The notes under the pieces are model-generated. The model saw only the letters and a list, made by a program, of their open reading frames with translations, did no database searches and was not told the origin of the DNA. DNA of 25,627 nucleotides, taken from Candidatus Omnitrophota bacterium. Lineage in GTDB: Bacteria > Omnitrophota > Gorgyraeia > Pluralincolimonadales > Pluralincolimonadaceae. A program made the translations under genes and the position numbers. The first letter of the stretch is position 1, and each line of letters starts with the position of its first letter. Shown one piece after another: positions 24,243-25,627 of the stretch. The stretch is from positions 1-25,627 of the forward strand of contig JAQTVK010000001.1 of assembly GCA_028706795.1 (NCBI GenBank), in the 5' to 3' direction.

Positions 24243-24742
24243 TGATATTACGCGGAAAGGCGTGGAAGTTCGGCAACGATATATCCACCGACCTCATCGC
24301 CCCGGGAAGATATTTCCACCTCAGGTCTGATCTCAACGAGCTCGCGAAGCACGTCCTCGAGGACGCGGACCCGCAATTCGCCTCGAAGGTCGACAAGGGG
24401 GATCTCGTGGTTGGCGGCAGGAATTTTGGACTAGGCTCATCAAGGGAACATGCGCCGACCATAATAAAATTATCCGGCGTTTCGTGCGTGCTCGCAAAAT
24501 CATTTGCGAGGATATTCTTCAGGAACGCGATAAACATAGGCCTGCCGGCCATAGAGTGCGATACCGACAAGATCTCCGCCGGGGATGAGCTCGAGGTGAG
24601 CCTTGAGAAGGGCGCGATAAGGAACGTGACAAAAAAGACCGACCTGAAATTCGCGCCGCTGCCGAAGGCGATGACCCAGATACTACAGGACGGCGGTCTG
24701 GTCGAGCATATAAAGAAACACGGGGATTTCAAGATTGAATAA
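24242..24742 (+). CDS. Aconitase-family hydro-lyase small subunit (LeuD2/HacB type, 166 aa)
   Basis: The real start is the ATG at 24242 overlapping the large-subunit stop (TAATG), not 24065. Motifs AWKFGNDISTDLIAP, NFGLGSSREHA, AKSFARIFFRNAINIGL, DGGLV. Confidence 0.9.
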   Translation: MILRGKAWKFGNDISTDLIAPGRYFHLRSDLNELAKHVLEDADPQFASKVDKGDLVVGGRNFGLGSSREHAPTIIKLSGVSCVLAKSFARIFFRNAINIGLPAIECDTDKISAGDELEVSLEKGAIRNVTKKTDLKFAPLPKAMTQILQDGGLVEHIKKHGDFKIE

Positions 24743-25627
24743 TCTCAAGGTCGCGGTCATAGGCGCCGGACAGGTCGGCGGGACATGCGCGCAGAGGATA
24801 GTGGAGAGGAAACTTGCCGATGTCGTGCTTGTCGATATCGCCGAAGGGCTGGCGAAGGGCAAGGCCTTAGATCTCGGCCAGGCGGCCTCGACGGAAGAGT
24901 ATAATTTTAAGATAGAGGGAGGCTCGGACTATTCGCTCATAAAAGGCTCAGGCGCGGTCATCGTGACCGCAGGTCTTGCCCGCAAACCCGGGATGACGCG
25001 TGAGGACCTCCTCGTCAAGAATGCGGCGATCGTCAAGAATGCGGTTGAGAATATACGCAAATATTGCCCGGGATCTATTATAATAATGGTGACGAACCCG
25101 CTGGATATCATGACGTACCTGGCTTACAAGGTTTCCGGTTTTGAGAGCAGGAAGGTCTTCGGGATGGCCGGGGTGCTCGATACGGCAAGATTTAAATATT
25201 TTATAGCGGAAAAGCTCGGCGTATTGCCTTCGGAAGTGGAGGCCATGGTCCTCGGCGGCCACGGCGATTCGATGGTCCCGCTTGTCGAATACACCAAAGT
25301 GAAAGGCAGGCCGGTCTCAGAACTGATACGCGAAGGCGAACTTAAGGCCATAATACAAAGGACGCGCGACGGCGGCGCAGAGATCGTCTCGCTCCTTAAG
25401 ACGGGAAGCGCTTTTTACGCGCCTTCGAGCGCGGTCTGCGAGATGCTCGAGGCGTTCATCAAGGATAAGAACGAGATGCTCCCGGTAAGCGCCTATTTGA
25501 ACGGGCAATACGGGATCAAGGACCTTTATTGCGGCGTCCCTGCCAGGATAGGGGAGGACGGCGTCGAAGAAACGGTGGAATTGAAACTTTCGGACAAGGA
25601 ACTGGCGGCGCTCCGCTGGTCTGCTGA
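24735..25627 (+). CDS. mdh: Malate dehydrogenase (LDH-like), TTG start, runs off the 3' edge; absent from the ORF track
   Basis: Read by hand from the TTG at 24735: MNNLKVAVIGAGQVG, VLVDI, KGKALDL, TAGLARKPGMTREDL (MDH Arg loop), VTNPLD, MAGVLDTARF, VLGGHGDSMVP, KTGSAFYAPS. No stop before 25627. Confidence 0.93.
   Translation, partial: MNNLKVAVIGAGQVGGTCAQRIVERKLADVVLVDIAEGLAKGKALDLGQAASTEEYNFKIEGGSDYSLIKGSGAVIVTAGLARKPGMTREDLLVKNAAIVKNAVENIRKYCPGSIIIMVTNPLDIMTYLAYKVSGFESRKVFGMAGVLDTARFKYFIAEKLGVLPSEVEAMVLGGHGDSMVPLVEYTKVKGRPVSELIREGELKAIIQRTRDGGAEIVSLLKTGSAFYAPSSAVCEMLEAFIKDKNEMLPVSAYLNGQYGIKDLYCGVPARIGEDGVEETVELKLSDKELAALRWSA

Noticed and set aside
25625-25627. Terminal TGA as the mdh stop codon
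   Set aside because: It is out of frame (TCT GCT GA); the gene continues beyond the window.
1-25627. CRISPR array, IS/integrase, prophage, defence island, tRNA/rRNA, frameshifted or selenocysteine-recoded genes
   Set aside because: By eye I found no spaced direct repeats, transposase/integrase motifs, structural RNA signatures or interrupted reading frames, and nearly all sequence is explained by intact CDSs.

Overview
This is a gene-dense bacterial chromosomal window made mostly of core metabolic genes. All CDSs but one are on the + strand. I found no mobile element, CRISPR array, tRNA or rRNA. Gene order: partial rpe; a secreted glycine-zipper protein; a tightly packed run of short-form mgtE, queF, a PduO-type adenosyltransferase, a MenA/UbiA prenyltransferase, a secreted tri-domain GH144 beta-1,2-glucanase-like protein and a GH116 beta-glucosidase; an RlmI-family methyltransferase on the - strand; an MFS transporter; then DUF151 nuclease, GH133-type debranching enzyme, a 6TM histidine kinase and a stand-alone receiver. 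Next comes a translationally coupled operon of ADP-forming acetate-CoA ligase, gcvT, gcvH, gcvPA, gcvPB, a LipM-type octanoyltransferase, a ferredoxin and a secreted protein. The window ends with a LeuC/LeuD(HacAB)-family hydro-lyase pair coupled to a partial malate dehydrogenase. The most interesting observations are: (i) a glycine-cleavage operon with no L-protein, headed by acetate-CoA ligase, ending in a ferredoxin and preceded by a structured leader that is not a canonical glycine riboswitch; (ii) a sensor kinase whose H-box lacks the catalytic acidic residue and which has a CPHC motif in a predicted extracytoplasmic loop; (iii) a GH144+GH116 pairing that may be a beta-1,2-glucan utilisation route; (iv) a LeuCD-like pair that may act as a two-subunit aconitase. 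All calls come from motif recognition by eye; no database search or folding program was run. An anaerobic diderm host, possibly PVC/Omnitrophota-like, is only an impression from gene content.
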